64,000 nt of DNA from Octopus sinensis. Its lineage: Eukaryota. The DNA is taken from assembly GCF_006345805.1 (NCBI RefSeq), contig NC_043005.1, positions 62,992,001 through 63,056,000 of the forward strand. The letters run 5' to 3'. A program made the translations under genes and the position numbers. The notes under the pieces are model-generated. The model made no database searches. It was not told the DNA's origin and saw only the letters and a list, made by a program, of their open reading frames with translations. Below, one piece after another: positions 24,121 through 37,650 of the stretch (its first letter is position 1; each line of letters begins with the position of its first letter).

Positions 24121-24429
24121 ATAGTTATATATAGTTATATATATATATACAGACTGTATCTGTAACTTTACATGTTTTCCATAAATAAACAGTTTACTTG
24201 CGTAGGGTTTGGAAAGTTACAATACTTCTAATGCTCCCATGAGTCACTGCTGTGATGAAGTTTGTTTTACTTTGATCCATATTGTGTTGTAAACCCATGT
24301 CTATGAAGAGACTATTTGCCTCAAGCAAAAGCTACAGCAACATACTTTCTACATTGTATACACATTTAATATGATATACAGATGGTTATTTTGATTTAAT
24401 GCTGTTTCAATAGTATCCAACAATTTTAT

Positions 24430-24662
24430 ATACATACACAGATACATACATACATACACAGATACATACATACATACATACATACATACATACATACATA
24501 CATACATACATACATACATACATACATACATACATTACATACATACATACATTCATACATACATACATACACACATACACATACATATATATACACACAT
24601 ACATACATACATACATATGCACACACACATACAAACGTACATACATACATACATACATACAA
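24430..24662. repeat. (TACA)n microsatellite
   Basis: Direct reading. Confidence 0.97.
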
Positions 24663-26745
24663 ACAAAAATACCCTGTTGTTGATATCGAAATTCCAGTGA
24701 AGGAGCCTTGGATCTAGGTTTCTCTATTGGCAAGAAATCTTGAAATAAATCTAAATATTGACATATGTACATATACACAAAATATTTATATTCACTTTCC
24801 CCTGATGGCATTGGATATCCTTTTCAAAATGATTAGTGGAAAACCAGCTAGTATTCCTGCACATACACATATGACATCAGATCATGTGCACAAGCTGGAG
24901 TTTTGAATGTACCATGACAGATGGTATTGATGTGACCTACCATGCAGCAATAATAATGATTAATGAGTAATCACTAGTTCCCTAATTTCAAATTTCGTTC
25001 AAAAACTAAAATTTATTTCTATATAAAAATGAGATATATGTGTGGCAAGCTTAACATAAAAAGACAATTACATGAATACAAGCTCAGAAAACGTTATTGC
25101 TTATTATTGTTAAGTGTTGGGTGTTGAATAAAGGATTTTATCTCAGGACATCTAGCTATATTTTTTCTGCTTTTAACTTAAGTAAGAATGGCAAGGGTAA
25201 CGATGGTGGTGATGACAGCGATAGCGATGGTGATGTTCATTGGGTAAATAGAATTACAATGTTATGGAGTTGGGTGAAATAGAACTACTGGCATTTGTAA
25301 ACATTAGTCAACCAGCTATCCCAACTTTGCACATAACCTACGGCTATGTTTTAGCCAATTTTCAGGTAATAGGTTGGTCATATATATCATCAAATACAAT
25401 ATTCATAATGAAAAATAATTTAATTCCACTGGATACACCAGTGGAATTAATTAGAGTATTTTTAATATGTTTTCATGTATGTTATTGTTATATAATTCAA
25501 CTAGATTCAATCTATTGGTCAGAAGCAAAACAAAATCCTGGGGTTTGAAATTCAATAACACTTTCCAGCTTAAAATCTTAATTTGTTATATTGAGTTTTC
25601 TGCTCTAGTATCTGGAAACTACACTTCAGTTACTACATTTTGCTTTTTTAAAGAGAGAAATTGAATAGAGCAGAAATTTACTCATTATGTCAAAAAGATG
25701 AAAGACATGCTATATAAAATTGTCACATATTTTAACAATAAAATAAAACATGGAAACATTGCTTAACATGGAATGATATGAAATTTAAAATATATGTACC
25801 AGATGACATCAAGCATATCCTAACATGCTCACCATGAATAGCAATGAAGTACGATGAAATGAACTTTAAAAAGTTATATGCAGCTGCAGTCATATTCATA
25901 GTTTTCACCTAAGTTCACACCTTTATTCCTAAGTTAAATTTCCCAGATTGTGATTAAAAAGCAATTAGAATGCCTCAGATTAAGTTATCACTAAAACTCA
26001 TGCCCAGCTTTCATAATAAACAGTTGCTATGTTGCTAAATGTATAAGACTTTGATTACATTAATACAAGCACAATGCTATTCAACAGAAATCAGAGATCT
26101 ATAACCTGAAAGTGCGGTTGTTTTAAAAGCTTTATTTAACATTTGCTTAACTCTTTTCTGCTTTTTCTTTTTCTGCTTTTATATATCACTTTCCTATTTT
26201 ATATAAGAATATAAAATACATCAGAACCTTCTGGCTCTGATGTTTTTTCATTTAAAATATCTATTCTGATGATTTCTCTCTTCAATTTTTAAGACATTTT
26301 GTGGCATATTTTTTATTTCATACACCCTTCGCTTGGTATTTTACATCTCTATGCCAAAAAATATAAAAAAAGAAAGAAAAAAAAATTGAAGCAAAGAAGG
26401 TTCATAATAAAAATTATAATCTATTTTACTTTTTAATTACAAGATGAATATCCATAAAAACAGTGTCTGGAGTAGCTGGCAGTTGTCTGTGCTGGCAAAA
26501 TTTATACAGTAAAGTTTGTGGGTCTGTATGCAATTCATATATCTGTTCAAATGAATTGATTTCTCTCTCTGAGATGAAGGTTCTGTAAGGTAATGTCAGA
26601 TTCCTATTCTCTTCATGGCATATAAACTTACCTAAAAATATGGACTTCATTGTCAAATATAACTATTCAAACTATAGTCTTATTAGATTAGACAGCAAAA
26701 GAACAAAGCACTTTTGAAAAAGCCAATATTAGTTAACTGCCAAGT

Positions 26746-26917
26746 TAGTGAGCTGGCATAATCGTTAGCACACCAAGCAAAATGCTTAGCAACATTTGTC
26801 TTTCATCCTTTCAGGGCTGATAAAATAAGTACCAGTTGAGCACCATGGCTGATATAATTGACATAACCCCTCCCCCAGACTTGCTGGTCTTGTGCCACAA
26901 TTTAAAACTAATATTAG
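26746..26917 (+). mobile_element. family-B SINE with internal deletion
   Basis: gtgagctggcataatcgttagcac...gcttagcaacatt joins ctttcatcctttcagggc..taagtaccagttgagcac; B-box region missing. Confidence 0.8.
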
Positions 26918-27458
26918 TTAACATTACTTCCTAGTTTCAGTATCAATAACATACACTGTTGAATATCACATACAAGAAGAACTTCAGACTTTGAAAGAGG
27001 TATTATATAATCAAATACCAAACAAATCTAGATAAAAAGTCAAATTGTATGCCTATAGGTATAGCAATTTATTTTCTATTTTTTCATGAATTTCAAGTAT
27101 TTTTCTTTTCTATAACAATATTTATCTCTTAAATACTAAAAACAAAAGAACTTATTTAAAAACTTTCTCCATTAAATAATATACTGTTTGCATTAGCAAA
27201 TATAAATTTTTCTAAGTAGGTCTGCAATTTTATAATATTTGAGCGAATGAATTATCAGTCTCTGCTAGAATGTGTTAGCTAGTGTGCTATCACTAGCACT
27301 ATCTTTTAGTTTGGATAAAGCTCTAAACCAAATTGCCTAACTATTTGTGAAACCAGATATATACTTCGATCAATCAAAATATCAAAATCAAATCCTTTCA
27401 CTCATTAATAAAATACAATGAATCATTTTACAGGTGGTTCTTAATGTCTGTTAATGTA

Positions 27459-27797
27459 TATGAGGTGCATTAAAAAAGTATTCATATTTTGGGCATAAAG
27501 AAAAAAAACAATTTTGTACAAATTTTATTTAATCACCTTCAAAATATTCCCTTTAGGAGTCTACACAATTTCCCCAGCAGTTCTGTTACTTCTGGTAACA
27601 CCTCTGGAATGCCTTCTATGGAATATTATGGAACTCCACTGTCACTTTTGTCATAATTTCCTCTTGTAACTCAAATCACTTCCCTTTCAGTATGGTTTTC
27701 AGTTTGGGGAAGAACCAGAAGTCACACAGTGCCTAATTGGGAGAGTGGGGAACCTGTTGAAAAAGTGGTGTGTTGTTCTTGACCAGGAAAGTTTGAT
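27459..27797 (-). mobile_element. mariner transposase 3' end plus TIR
   Basis: FLVKNNTPLFQQVPHSPN*ALCDFWFFPKLKTILKGK*FE..EEI...AFQRCYQK*QNCWGNCVDS*REYFEGD*; TIR tatgaggtgcattaaaaaagta. Confidence 0.9.
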
Positions 27798-28303
27798 TAC
27801 GGGGTGTATTAAAAAAGTATCCAACTTCATTTTTTGCCAACACACTCTGCATGTACAAACCTGCCATTGAAATGGAATGCACTGATCCTGTATTTATTCC
27901 CACTTTTCTGGGTGGAGGGTCTGCCTGAGTGTACCCCACTCTCCACTGAGGTGCAGCCATATTGAAGTGTTTGTACCACTGATTGCTCTGAGTTTTACCC
28001 ATAGTATCATCGCCAAAATCCTGCTGAGTCTTCTGGATGGTTTGAGCTTGAGTATCACCAAGTGTTTGATAAAACTTGAAGCAATATCTCTGCTCAATGC
28101 ATTTGGTCTTCTTGCATGAAAACGAAAATCCAACAAGTGTACACTACATGTCTGTACTCAAGGTGTAACAACTAGGAACTGAGGCAGCCTATCAGCATTA
28201 AAATTTTTGTGAATGTGCAGGAAGAATGGCATCACCTCCCACCTGCGTGCTATTAGTTTTGCTGGAAAAGATAAAGTTGGATACTTTTTGAATGCACCTT
28301 GTA
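27798..28303 (-). mobile_element. internally deleted mariner element (TIRs plus transposase N-terminus)
   Basis: TIRs tacggggtgtattaaaaaagtatccaact / agttggatactttttgaatgcaccttgta; EQRYCFKFYQTLGDTQAQTIQKTQQDFGDDTMGKTQSNQWYKHF. Confidence 0.9.
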
Positions 28304-31074
28304 TTATCACAACTGTTTGAAATACATTGTTATTGAAGCTTGGGTTGCAATATATGGTTCATGTTATACAATAACATAGAACTAAATTTGATGTAAACTA
28401 CTCAGAATTATTGATGTTGGGGTACATCTGAGCTGTTTAATTTTACGAAAGTAATTATTGTAAGAGTAGGAAAAAAAAATATTTCACTGCTAAAATTTTT
28501 TTTATGCTCGATACCTATGTTCTAATATTTCAAGTGTTTTTATTTCTCAAGTCACCTTATTTTGCATGCTGCTTACAAAAGATTTGATATTTAATTCAAC
28601 AAAACTCAATCCTGAACTCTTTTATTGTTAATTTTAAATTTAGTCATCTTTAGCTGGTATTCTTTATGGATTAGAAATCCAATTTACTTTTCTTTCTGTA
28701 CCTATCAAAAATAATAAAAAAACTGGTTGCTTTTCAATATTTTCAACTTGTTAACTTAGTGTGAATAAATTAGTTTATCAGAACTACATTTTCAGCTATT
28801 TAAGTTGAGTACTTTTATACATAGATTGCATATGAACTATAGTGAATATCATGAACCAACAAAAAAGTCTCTAGAAATAGCAGCTTAATGTATCTAAAAT
28901 AACACTATCCTACCTTCAAGAACACACTGAATAATGCAATGTAAATATTTACACTTATAGCATGGTCACAGCTGGAATGTCTTGTCTGTCTTTGCTATCA
29001 GAGATAATTTAGTACTAAATAACGGGAGTAGATATTAACTTTTAGATACTTGACCTTATACATGACCTTTTTCATAATTTACTTACAAGCAAATTATTCA
29101 GAAAGATATCTTTACTAATAGGCTACTAGTTATTCCTTATATGTGTTGGATTTAATTTAAGGAAACTATATATATGTTAGATAAATATATTTCCAGAGAC
29201 ATAATACAATTAAAAATGATAATGTAATTAGTTGGATTAGAATTGCAAATAACAGATATCTAGCTGCAAAAAAATTACCAAAATTTGAGGTGTAGATTGT
29301 GTAAATGACACTGAGATAAACAGAGAAACTTTTATTTAGGCAAGTCATTGTGAAGAATGATTTTATTTATTTGATTCATCAATTAATTATCTTATTAAAT
29401 TCTTTCTATGGTTTATGTCAAGACCTTATGTTCCAATGATGCACATATAAGAAAACCATAAAATGAAGTGTTTAGCCCTCTGAGATTATCGCTCAGAATT
29501 TTACTCTTTTTATCTTATACTCTATTTGATCAAAGCTGACTGAAAATAAAGAATATGAACAATAACAACTAAAAAGTTTGAGCTTATTGACTATATATCT
29601 TTTGAAGCAATGAAGCAAAGTTTGTATCTTCAGATTCAATTCGTATATTTTACACAAACACAAATAAAATGAATATTGCAACTTATGTTACAAAACCACT
29701 ACATTTCAGACAACAATACAAAATCTACATTAAAGATAAAATTAGTAATAGTGATAACATTGGCACAAGACCACATTTTTGTCAGGCAGAGTTAAGGTGA
29801 ATTTATAAACCCAAGTATTTCACTGGAACTTTCTTTTAACAACTTCAGAATTATGGAAGGTAAAACTGATCTTCATCTGATTTGAACTAAGAATGTAAAT
29901 AGCTATATCTAAGTACCACTTGGTGTTTAGTTTGCTGCTTAATCTAACAGATATCCATTTTTGTATATAATACCATTAATCATTGAGAGCATCCTGACAA
30001 ATGAAGGTATTCCAAAACCTTGCCTTACTACATCTGTGGCATGAAATATGATGAATCATGGTAAACAACTTGTAGTTGGGGAGGTTACTGTCTGATATGT
30101 TTATATGGAAATCTCTACAAAATATCCTTAAGTTCTCACAAAAGTAAAGTTTTATTTATACTTCTATTGTACTCTCTGTCAAACCCCAATAAACCAGCCA
30201 TATTATATTTATTTTTAAAGTTTTAAGACTTGTTGTTGTACTCTAGGCAATTAGGTTATTAATTTTCTGGAACAGAAGCTTTCCCCACTTCATTTCCCAT
30301 ATTTTTTCTGAGATTAATCTTTGATTTAAGAAATGCACACATTGATATGCATAGCGTTCAACAGGCCACACTGCTACTGTCTCATACATTTAAAGATAAA
30401 TTTATCTCTAATCAGAAGCAGTTGTTAAAAACATATTTCTAGCCCATATTACATTCACAGACAACATAGTCCTTCTTTACCTACATTCAAAGGCAAAATA
30501 GTCCATTCTTTACTACATTCTAGAGAAAACTTACCTACACATACATACATTTAAAGACCAAACATAGCCACATTTAAATACTGTGTTGTGATACATTGAT
30601 CAAAACACATCAACCAGTTTAATACTATCACCTGATATTTAGGTGCCCTACCCAAGTCAACTCTAATGCAAGCAGCAAGTATTTGGGACAAGATTCTGGT
30701 TAGAGATAATTCCTCCCTTCCACCCATCAGTTTCATTAAGGCCTAAAAAAGGCAATGGGTGTTGTCCTGCCTCTTCTGACTAAGCCTTAAAGAACTAAAA
30801 TATATATAAATTAAAATGATGTAGTGCATCATCTTAACCAGATATATGAATGTGGAGTCCACAGTGTATTCCAGTTTTATTTCTGCATCACTTTTTTCAG
30901 TGTTCACAGATGATAGGTACATATATATATATATATATATAAGTAATTTAGTTTGTGAAGAATCTACAGACTCATTAGGTTGGAACTTATCTTAATTTCT
31001 ATGGTGTATTAAGTGACTTACAGAGTACAATAAAATTCGCTCAACCTCCACACATGAATGCGATGTCTGTCTGA

Positions 31075-31247
31075 CAGAGTTAACCCCACCAGCTGCTGCA
31101 AATATTAGTTTTTGGCTGAATGAAACTAAAGCAATATGAAGTGATGGATACTTTGTTGAAGAACACAAAGCAGTCTATATCTGAGAATTGAAATCATGGT
31201 CTTACAGTCAAGATTTCAACACCCTGGCCACTAGGACATGCACCTTC
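31075..31247 (-). mobile_element. degenerate family-C SINE head/CORE
   Basis: ccactaggacatgcacc (A-box antisense), ttgttgaagaacacaa (CORE antisense). Confidence 0.45.
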
Positions 31248-31375
31248 ACTGATAGGTATATACTAAGATTAATATTATTTCAAATATTTGATGCAGACTG
31301 GAACAAAGATATTAGACATAATTGGGTTCCAATGAAGATGCAAGGTAAAAGATATGAGTGTTTCATATTTACACG

Positions 31376-31415
<40 letters not shown>

Positions 31416-31499
31416 TACATACACACACACACAGCCACACACACTCACTTATAACTATGTTTGCCCACTAATGCAAGACTCCTTTAGTTGACCCTCAAT

Positions 31500-31793
31500 A
31501 CTATTCCCGGCCCATAGATGAGGGGTCTTGTCTTGCAAGTTACTTGGTAATCTCACTGCTGCTGTCGACATGTAAAAGGCACCCAATACACTCTGTAAAG
31601 TGGTTGGTCTTAGGAAAGGCATCCAGCCATAGAAATCATATCAAAGGAGACAGTAGAGCTTGGTCTAGTTTTCTATCTTGACAGTTTTCTAACTTGTCAG
31701 TCTAACCCATGCCAGCATGAAAAACAGACGTTAATTGATGATGATGATGATGATGATGATGAAGATGGTGATGGTGATGATGATGATGATGAT
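31500..31793 (+). mobile_element. RTE-tail-type retroposon with (GAT)n tail
   Basis: acactctgtaaagtggttgg..ttaggaaaggcatccagccatagaaa...aacccatgccagcatgaaaaacagacgttaa-(TGA)n. Confidence 0.75.
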
Positions 31794-32544
31794 ATGTTCA
31801 CATACACACATACATTTAGAATTTTTATATTCATATAAGCATAGGCATGATTGAGTGGCTAATAGGCATGGGTGAGTGGGGTACGTGTATGTGCACACGT
31901 GTTTTTAGTTCAAATTGAAATCCAGATTTATTTATGCTGTTCCACTTTTTTTATAAATCCTATTTTATAACTTAGAAATTGACAAATACAGTGGAATGAA
32001 ATAATTACAAGTCTAAAGTAAGAACAAAAACTGAAATGGTCAACTGAAATCTTCAATATTGTACCACAGTATGACTGCAAAGTGATCTGGAAAGGGCTTT
32101 GTAACAGCCCCATGCTTTCCTGCTTCAGTGTTTCAGATGTTGACAAAGACCAGTATGTTTCAGAATGAATGAAATTCCAGCTGTTAGAACTCCAATGATG
32201 GGAGGACTAAAAATCCAAATTGATTATATTCCAGTCAGTTCCTTGTTGACATTATCCACCTAAGCATTTGAGTCTATTGGAGGGGAGAGAATAGTAAGCA
32301 ATTCAATTTGGATCATGCTTTGATTTAGAAGAGAAGAATAACTAATACAAAGCTCAGCCAAAATGTTATGATCTGTAATTTCTGATGGATGATATAATAT
32401 GAGAAACGTCTTCTGTTGAATTACACAGTCACTTTGTACATCTCATCACCCATCTAATAATTTATATCAATACTGAATGGACAATGATGAAAATGACATC
32501 CAAACCACAGTAAAAGAAGACCTTGGTTTCAGTAATTGAAAATA

Positions 32545-33100
32545 GGACTGAATACCACAACATGCTGCTAAAATACATTCAGGTGTTAAAGTCACCTCAA
32601 CAATCACTAATCTTGAATATGTTAGCTGTATTTTATTCTGTGATGAACTGCTATTAATGCTACATAGGTGGATACATAGGCATTATAAATCAGCCTACAG
32701 ATTAACGTCAGAAAGACAAAAGCTTTGTTCTTCTGTGTTCTTGACAACAAAAAAGTAACTACCTTGAATAATGGACTCACTGAAGAAGTGAATAGTTTTT
32801 TAAACCATAGTTTCTCCATTCTGTCAACCACTAAGTGTCATAACAAAAATCTCATCACATTACTTGTAGCTTGACCAGCTTTCATTCAGTTCTATAGTTG
32901 CCAATGCGACCAGTGTGATATTTATCTACAAATCAATATATATCAGTTGCTTGTATACTCATTCCTGCACTCTGGTTGGTCAGTGTCATAGAAACTTGCT
33001 AAACAGAATTTTTTGATTGCTGTTGCTTCAGATGCTTGCTCCAAATTTCACAGTTAAAACTGAATGCTATGCTTCATTCTGGGTGCAATATCTAACCTAT
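32545..33100 (+). mobile_element. decayed RTE-type LINE RT fragment
   Basis: ITNLEYVSCILF.. / LQINVRKTKALFF...LNNGLTEEVNSF / YQLLVYSFLHSGWS in the order of the RT C-terminal motifs (DLDYADD, GL.IN..KTK, LE.V..F.YLG, Y..LV.S.LLYG.E.W). Confidence 0.55.
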
Positions 33101-34865
33101 TGCTAAAGACATCTGGTCATATTGTTTGAGACAGTTTGACTGCATCTGTTATTGATCAACTGTCGTTAATCTCAAATAATGCCAGTAATGGCTAAATCAA
33201 GACCTGAATTTTATCAGCTTCTACTTCAACTGAACCTAATATCTCTGGCAACGGAAGAGAGAATAACTCTGTTTTGCATCGAGTTGACAGCTGCTAGAAA
33301 ACAGTGCAGAGTAATTATCCAAGGTGAAATTTCAGATGGGGCAAGGTTTTAACTAAAATATTTACTGTTAAAAAATTATTTATCAACCTACCTTATTTTT
33401 TGTCATTATGTTCTGTGTATTATGACTTATTATAATTTTCCTAACATCAACATTATAGAGCAACAATTAATTGGATTAATTATTGACGCTATTTCTTTCC
33501 ACTTTAGATTGTTTACTTATAAAGAGAGATAATATAAAACTTAATTAAAAGGTATTCTTAAATGTGTTTTAAAGCCCTCATCATATTAAGCATAAGCTTT
33601 TAAATAAAAAAATATATATGCATACCTGCGAATACTTCCTGTACACTTGAGGAACATGCTAATAATTAACATAAAGTGTAGCCTCTCTTGAATTCATGAC
33701 TGCTGTACCATGTCATATTTCAAAGTTTATGCATTTGTAATCCAAGAGCAGGAGACAGCTATGAACTACTTAATCAATAAAAGAGAGTGTAAAGCCCTTA
33801 AAGCTCCAAGAGGCAATCCAAAATGTTGATTTGATTAAGTTATATTTCTGTGGAAGATATTATATGTGATTTGCAGTTGCCCAAAAATCTCATCAAAATA
33901 CAACGTCCCATTGCAGCAGGTTGTTGCAAAACCAATAAGCAATGCCATCCATAGGAAAGACTGCCCTAAGATAAATATAAAGAGTAACGCTGCTATTGAA
34001 TATATGCATATATATTAACACAAGGATTATTATTAATAGAACATTCCTATCAAAATTTCTGCGAACATTACAAATCAGAAATAATCGTTGAAACAGAAAA
34101 GACAGATCTCATGTAATCAGATATTTCAGGTACCTTCCAGATGTGAACATCTCTTCCAAAATTAGTTAAAAGGAAAAATTTATGAAGAAATCATTTAAAA
34201 ACTATAACTTTCCTACTAAGATTATCGATTCACATTTATACCAATAATTATTGCTGCACTAGGCTACATTAGTAAACATAATAATCTTGAAAAGCTAAGG
34301 TTGTTAGGTAAAAGATGGAGCACTTCACAAATTCTATTTGTAAGCAAAACGGTAAAGATATGCAAAACTTTTCACCTAATAACACTTATTGTTTTGGGTA
34401 TCCAAAATCCAGCTTGGCATTTTATTTCATTGTTATCAAGTTGTGGCATTGTCCTAAATCATTTATAATATTCATTGATCTGTTTGCTGAGCCACTAGAT
34501 TATAAGACATAAACACTGAGCACCATTTTACAAAAACTCTCTACATGAACATAGACAGGGAAATAGACACATGCAAACACACATGCACACACACACACGA
34601 ACATCCACATATGCACACACACACACGCACACACACACACACATTCGTAAATAGTAAAGGATTACCCAAAAGCGATTACTGGTTTGCTCTCAGTTAGCTA
34701 TTCAAAATAGCTTATTCAACAGTTAACAAATAAATTCAAAAAAGTTCTTATAAGATAAGAAATTAGAGGTATATTCTGTTGGATAATTCTGAATACAATA
34801 CATTTCCTTAACCATATAGGTTTCCTGGAGTATATAATATAAACAATATTAATAATATTGTTGAC

Positions 34866-34897
<32 letters not shown>

Positions 34898-35007
34898 GTG
34901 TGTGTATGTGACTGTGTCTGTGTGTGTTTGTATATATATATATATATATATATACACATACATACATACATGCATATATCTATTAGTTAGATATAGATAT
35001 ATATATC

Positions 35008-35046
<39 letters not shown>

Positions 35047-35227
35047 TAGAGAGAGAAGACAGGCATCCATACAGCTTTCAACAACCATTTTCACTCACAG
35101 AACATTAGGCAGCCTGAGACTATAGCAGAGAAACTCGTGTGAGATGCCCCCCAATAGGACCAAACCTGAAACCACATGGTTTTGAAACAAAATTATTAAC
35201 TGCATGTTCATGTTATCATCCACATTT

Positions 35228-35262
<35 letters not shown>

Positions 35263-35559
35263 TATAACTTATGGAAGAACAAGAACAGTAAACAGTAACA
35301 ATAAAATTCCCCATTTACTTTACATTAGTTGTAACATCAACATTTGATTAGCTTATCACTTTTAGTACACTAAAGCTAATGTACAGAAAAATATAAGCAA
35401 TCAACACACATCATTTAACATATACCTCGAGGTCTAATGTTATGATAATCTGTATTGCAAAATTCTTTTATGTAAAATCCAGAATTCAAAGCAAAGAGTG
35501 ATGCTCTGTGTCAGCAACAATTGTCCATAGAAGAATTCTTAGAGAGGTTTGATAAGTTT

Positions 35560-35880
35560 ACTTGATGTGAGGAGGGGAAGATTTCATGTTTTGGTATTCT
35601 GCCCTTTGTCTGAGAATGTAAGTGAGAAAGAGAGAAGTTTTGCCACTTAAGCTGCAAGTAAATGATAAAAAAGTTGAAGTGGTGGTGGGAGAGGTGACAT
35701 GTAGAAAGAGGTGCAACAACAGAAAGACAAGTGGTGTGTGAAGGTCAGATGCCTGAGATACAAGGTGAATGAAGAAGGAGGAGGCTCAGAACAATGTGAG
35801 ATAAATTGAGCCAATGCCTTCAGCAAACTGAAGAAGAAAGATAGCATTCAAGTAAAGAAAGTTGGAGGATGGTAAGTAAA
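35560..35880 (+). mobile_element. decayed RTE LINE fragment
   Basis: KVRCLRYKVNEEGGGSEQCEIN*ANAFSKL resembles KFCYLGD.I...GGC..AV..RI..AW.KF.EL. Confidence 0.35.
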
Positions 35881-36199
35881 GGAAGTGAGGAACAAGAAAG
35901 TAACTCACTTAGAAATGCTATAAAGGCATCTACAGAATATTCTATTGACTGTAGAAAAATACAAATGCATCTATAGAGTAATCTTAATTAATTTGGTCAT
36001 TTAAGACAAAAGACTTGTCAAATAAAAATTCCAAACTTCATAGTACCAATATCAATGTTCTCTATAATGAAATAAATCCACATTTCAAGCAACATTTTAT
36101 GTCAAGAAGATTGATGCTATATTGGCTACTAATGCTATAGTTAGATGGGTGTTAAGTATGAGAGAGTAAAATACGTTACTTGGGGTTTACCTTCTACTG

Positions 36200-36433
36200 T
36201 ATATCTTTTTCATTCATCTTGTTTCAGTCATCTGAGCACGGCCATGCTGGGGCACCACCTCGAAGGGTGTTTAGTTGAACAAATGGACAACAGGGCTTAT
36301 GTTTTGAAGACTGGTACTTATTATATTCGTCTCTCTTGCTGAACCACTATGTTACAGGGACATAAACACACCAACACAAGTTGTCAAACAGAAATGGGGG
36401 ACAAACACAGACACAAACACATACACACACACA

Positions 36434-36471
<38 letters not shown>

Positions 36472-36637
36472 TACACACATGACAGGCTTCTTTCAGTTTC
36501 CACCTACCAATTCCACTCACAAGGCTTTGGTCAGCCTAAGGTTATAGTAGAAGAGAATTGCCCAAGGTGCCACACAGTGGGACTGAACCCAGAAGCATGT
36601 GGTTGGGAAGGAAGCTCCTTACCAAACAGCCATGCTG
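36200..36637 (-). mobile_element. family-A SINE
   Basis: ttgtttcagtcat..ggccatgctggggcacc ... gtgggactgaaccc ... ccaaacagccatgc; internal (CA)/(CT)n. Confidence 0.9.
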
Positions 36638-37257
36638 CTATTTCTGAAACTAAGCTAAGTCTATGGACTGGTTTTGATCTCAGTAGATGTTGTTTTGCTT
36701 TATTCATAACAAAACCATCACACCATGCCAGTGCTCAAGAAGAGAGTACTCAAAGTGTATTGCATGTTTCAAGCTGAAGATTTCAATACTATACATACTC
36801 ACTTTCTCACTTTTACTTCAACTTAATACTTTTGGCTGCATATTAATCATGAGCAACTTCTTGATGCTCAATGCATTAAATATGCTAACACCATCTAGCC
36901 TATTATGTTTATGCTGCAAGTGGATGACATTTGTTAGTTCAAGAAAATAGAATGGTTATTTCTAAATTTCATTTCTCTGGGCCAACAAATGCAGTGTTGT
37001 ATATTTATTTAGAGATATGCTCCCCCATATATCATTGAATATAGCGAGACTTGCATTCACTGAAATATGTGTGGCTGAAATATGTATAACCTTGTCGCCA
37101 TTGCTTACTGTAAAAATAAATATGATATTAATCATTGATTGGCATTGTTTATTCTAAACCACATATATATTTATAGTTAATATATCTAATGCACTGAGGC
37201 ATTAAAAAAGTTATCACTAACTTTGTATAAATATAAAAACGGATAAAGATCCTTCCC

Positions 37258-37452
37258 AAGTCATATAAGCTCATAGTTCTGGTTTCCTGGTTTCCATGTT
37301 GTATATACATTTTCTCTTGGATGGGATACCATCACAGGATTACTTGGTTTTGCCAGCTGAGTGGACTGGAGCAACATGAAGTGAAGTGTTTTGCTCAAGA
37401 ACATAATGCATTGCCCAGTCCAGGAATCAAAACCACAATCTTATGATCATGA
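37258..37452 (-). mobile_element. family-C SINE with V-domain-like tail
   Basis: Minus: gtggttaggatgttggactc..ttgattcctggac..ttcttgagcaaaacacttcacttcatgttgctccagtccactcagc..ggaaaccaggaaaccag. Confidence 0.75.
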
Positions 37453-37470
37453 GTCCAACATCCTAACCAC

Positions 37471-37507
<37 letters not shown>

Positions 37508-37650
37508 AAAACCCCAAAATGGTACATCTGGTGAGAGATAAATATCATATATATATATATAGGGTGGCTTTTAAGCTAGTATATATATTAAAAATTTGTG
37601 AAACATAGAGGTTTACACCAAGTAAACCCAACAGTGAGACCTCCCATTTA

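Noticed and set aside
8755-24811. Many ORFs made of YI, HT, CV and MYVC repeats
   Set aside because: Translations of (TA)n, (CA)n and (TACA)n microsatellites, which lack stops in some frames
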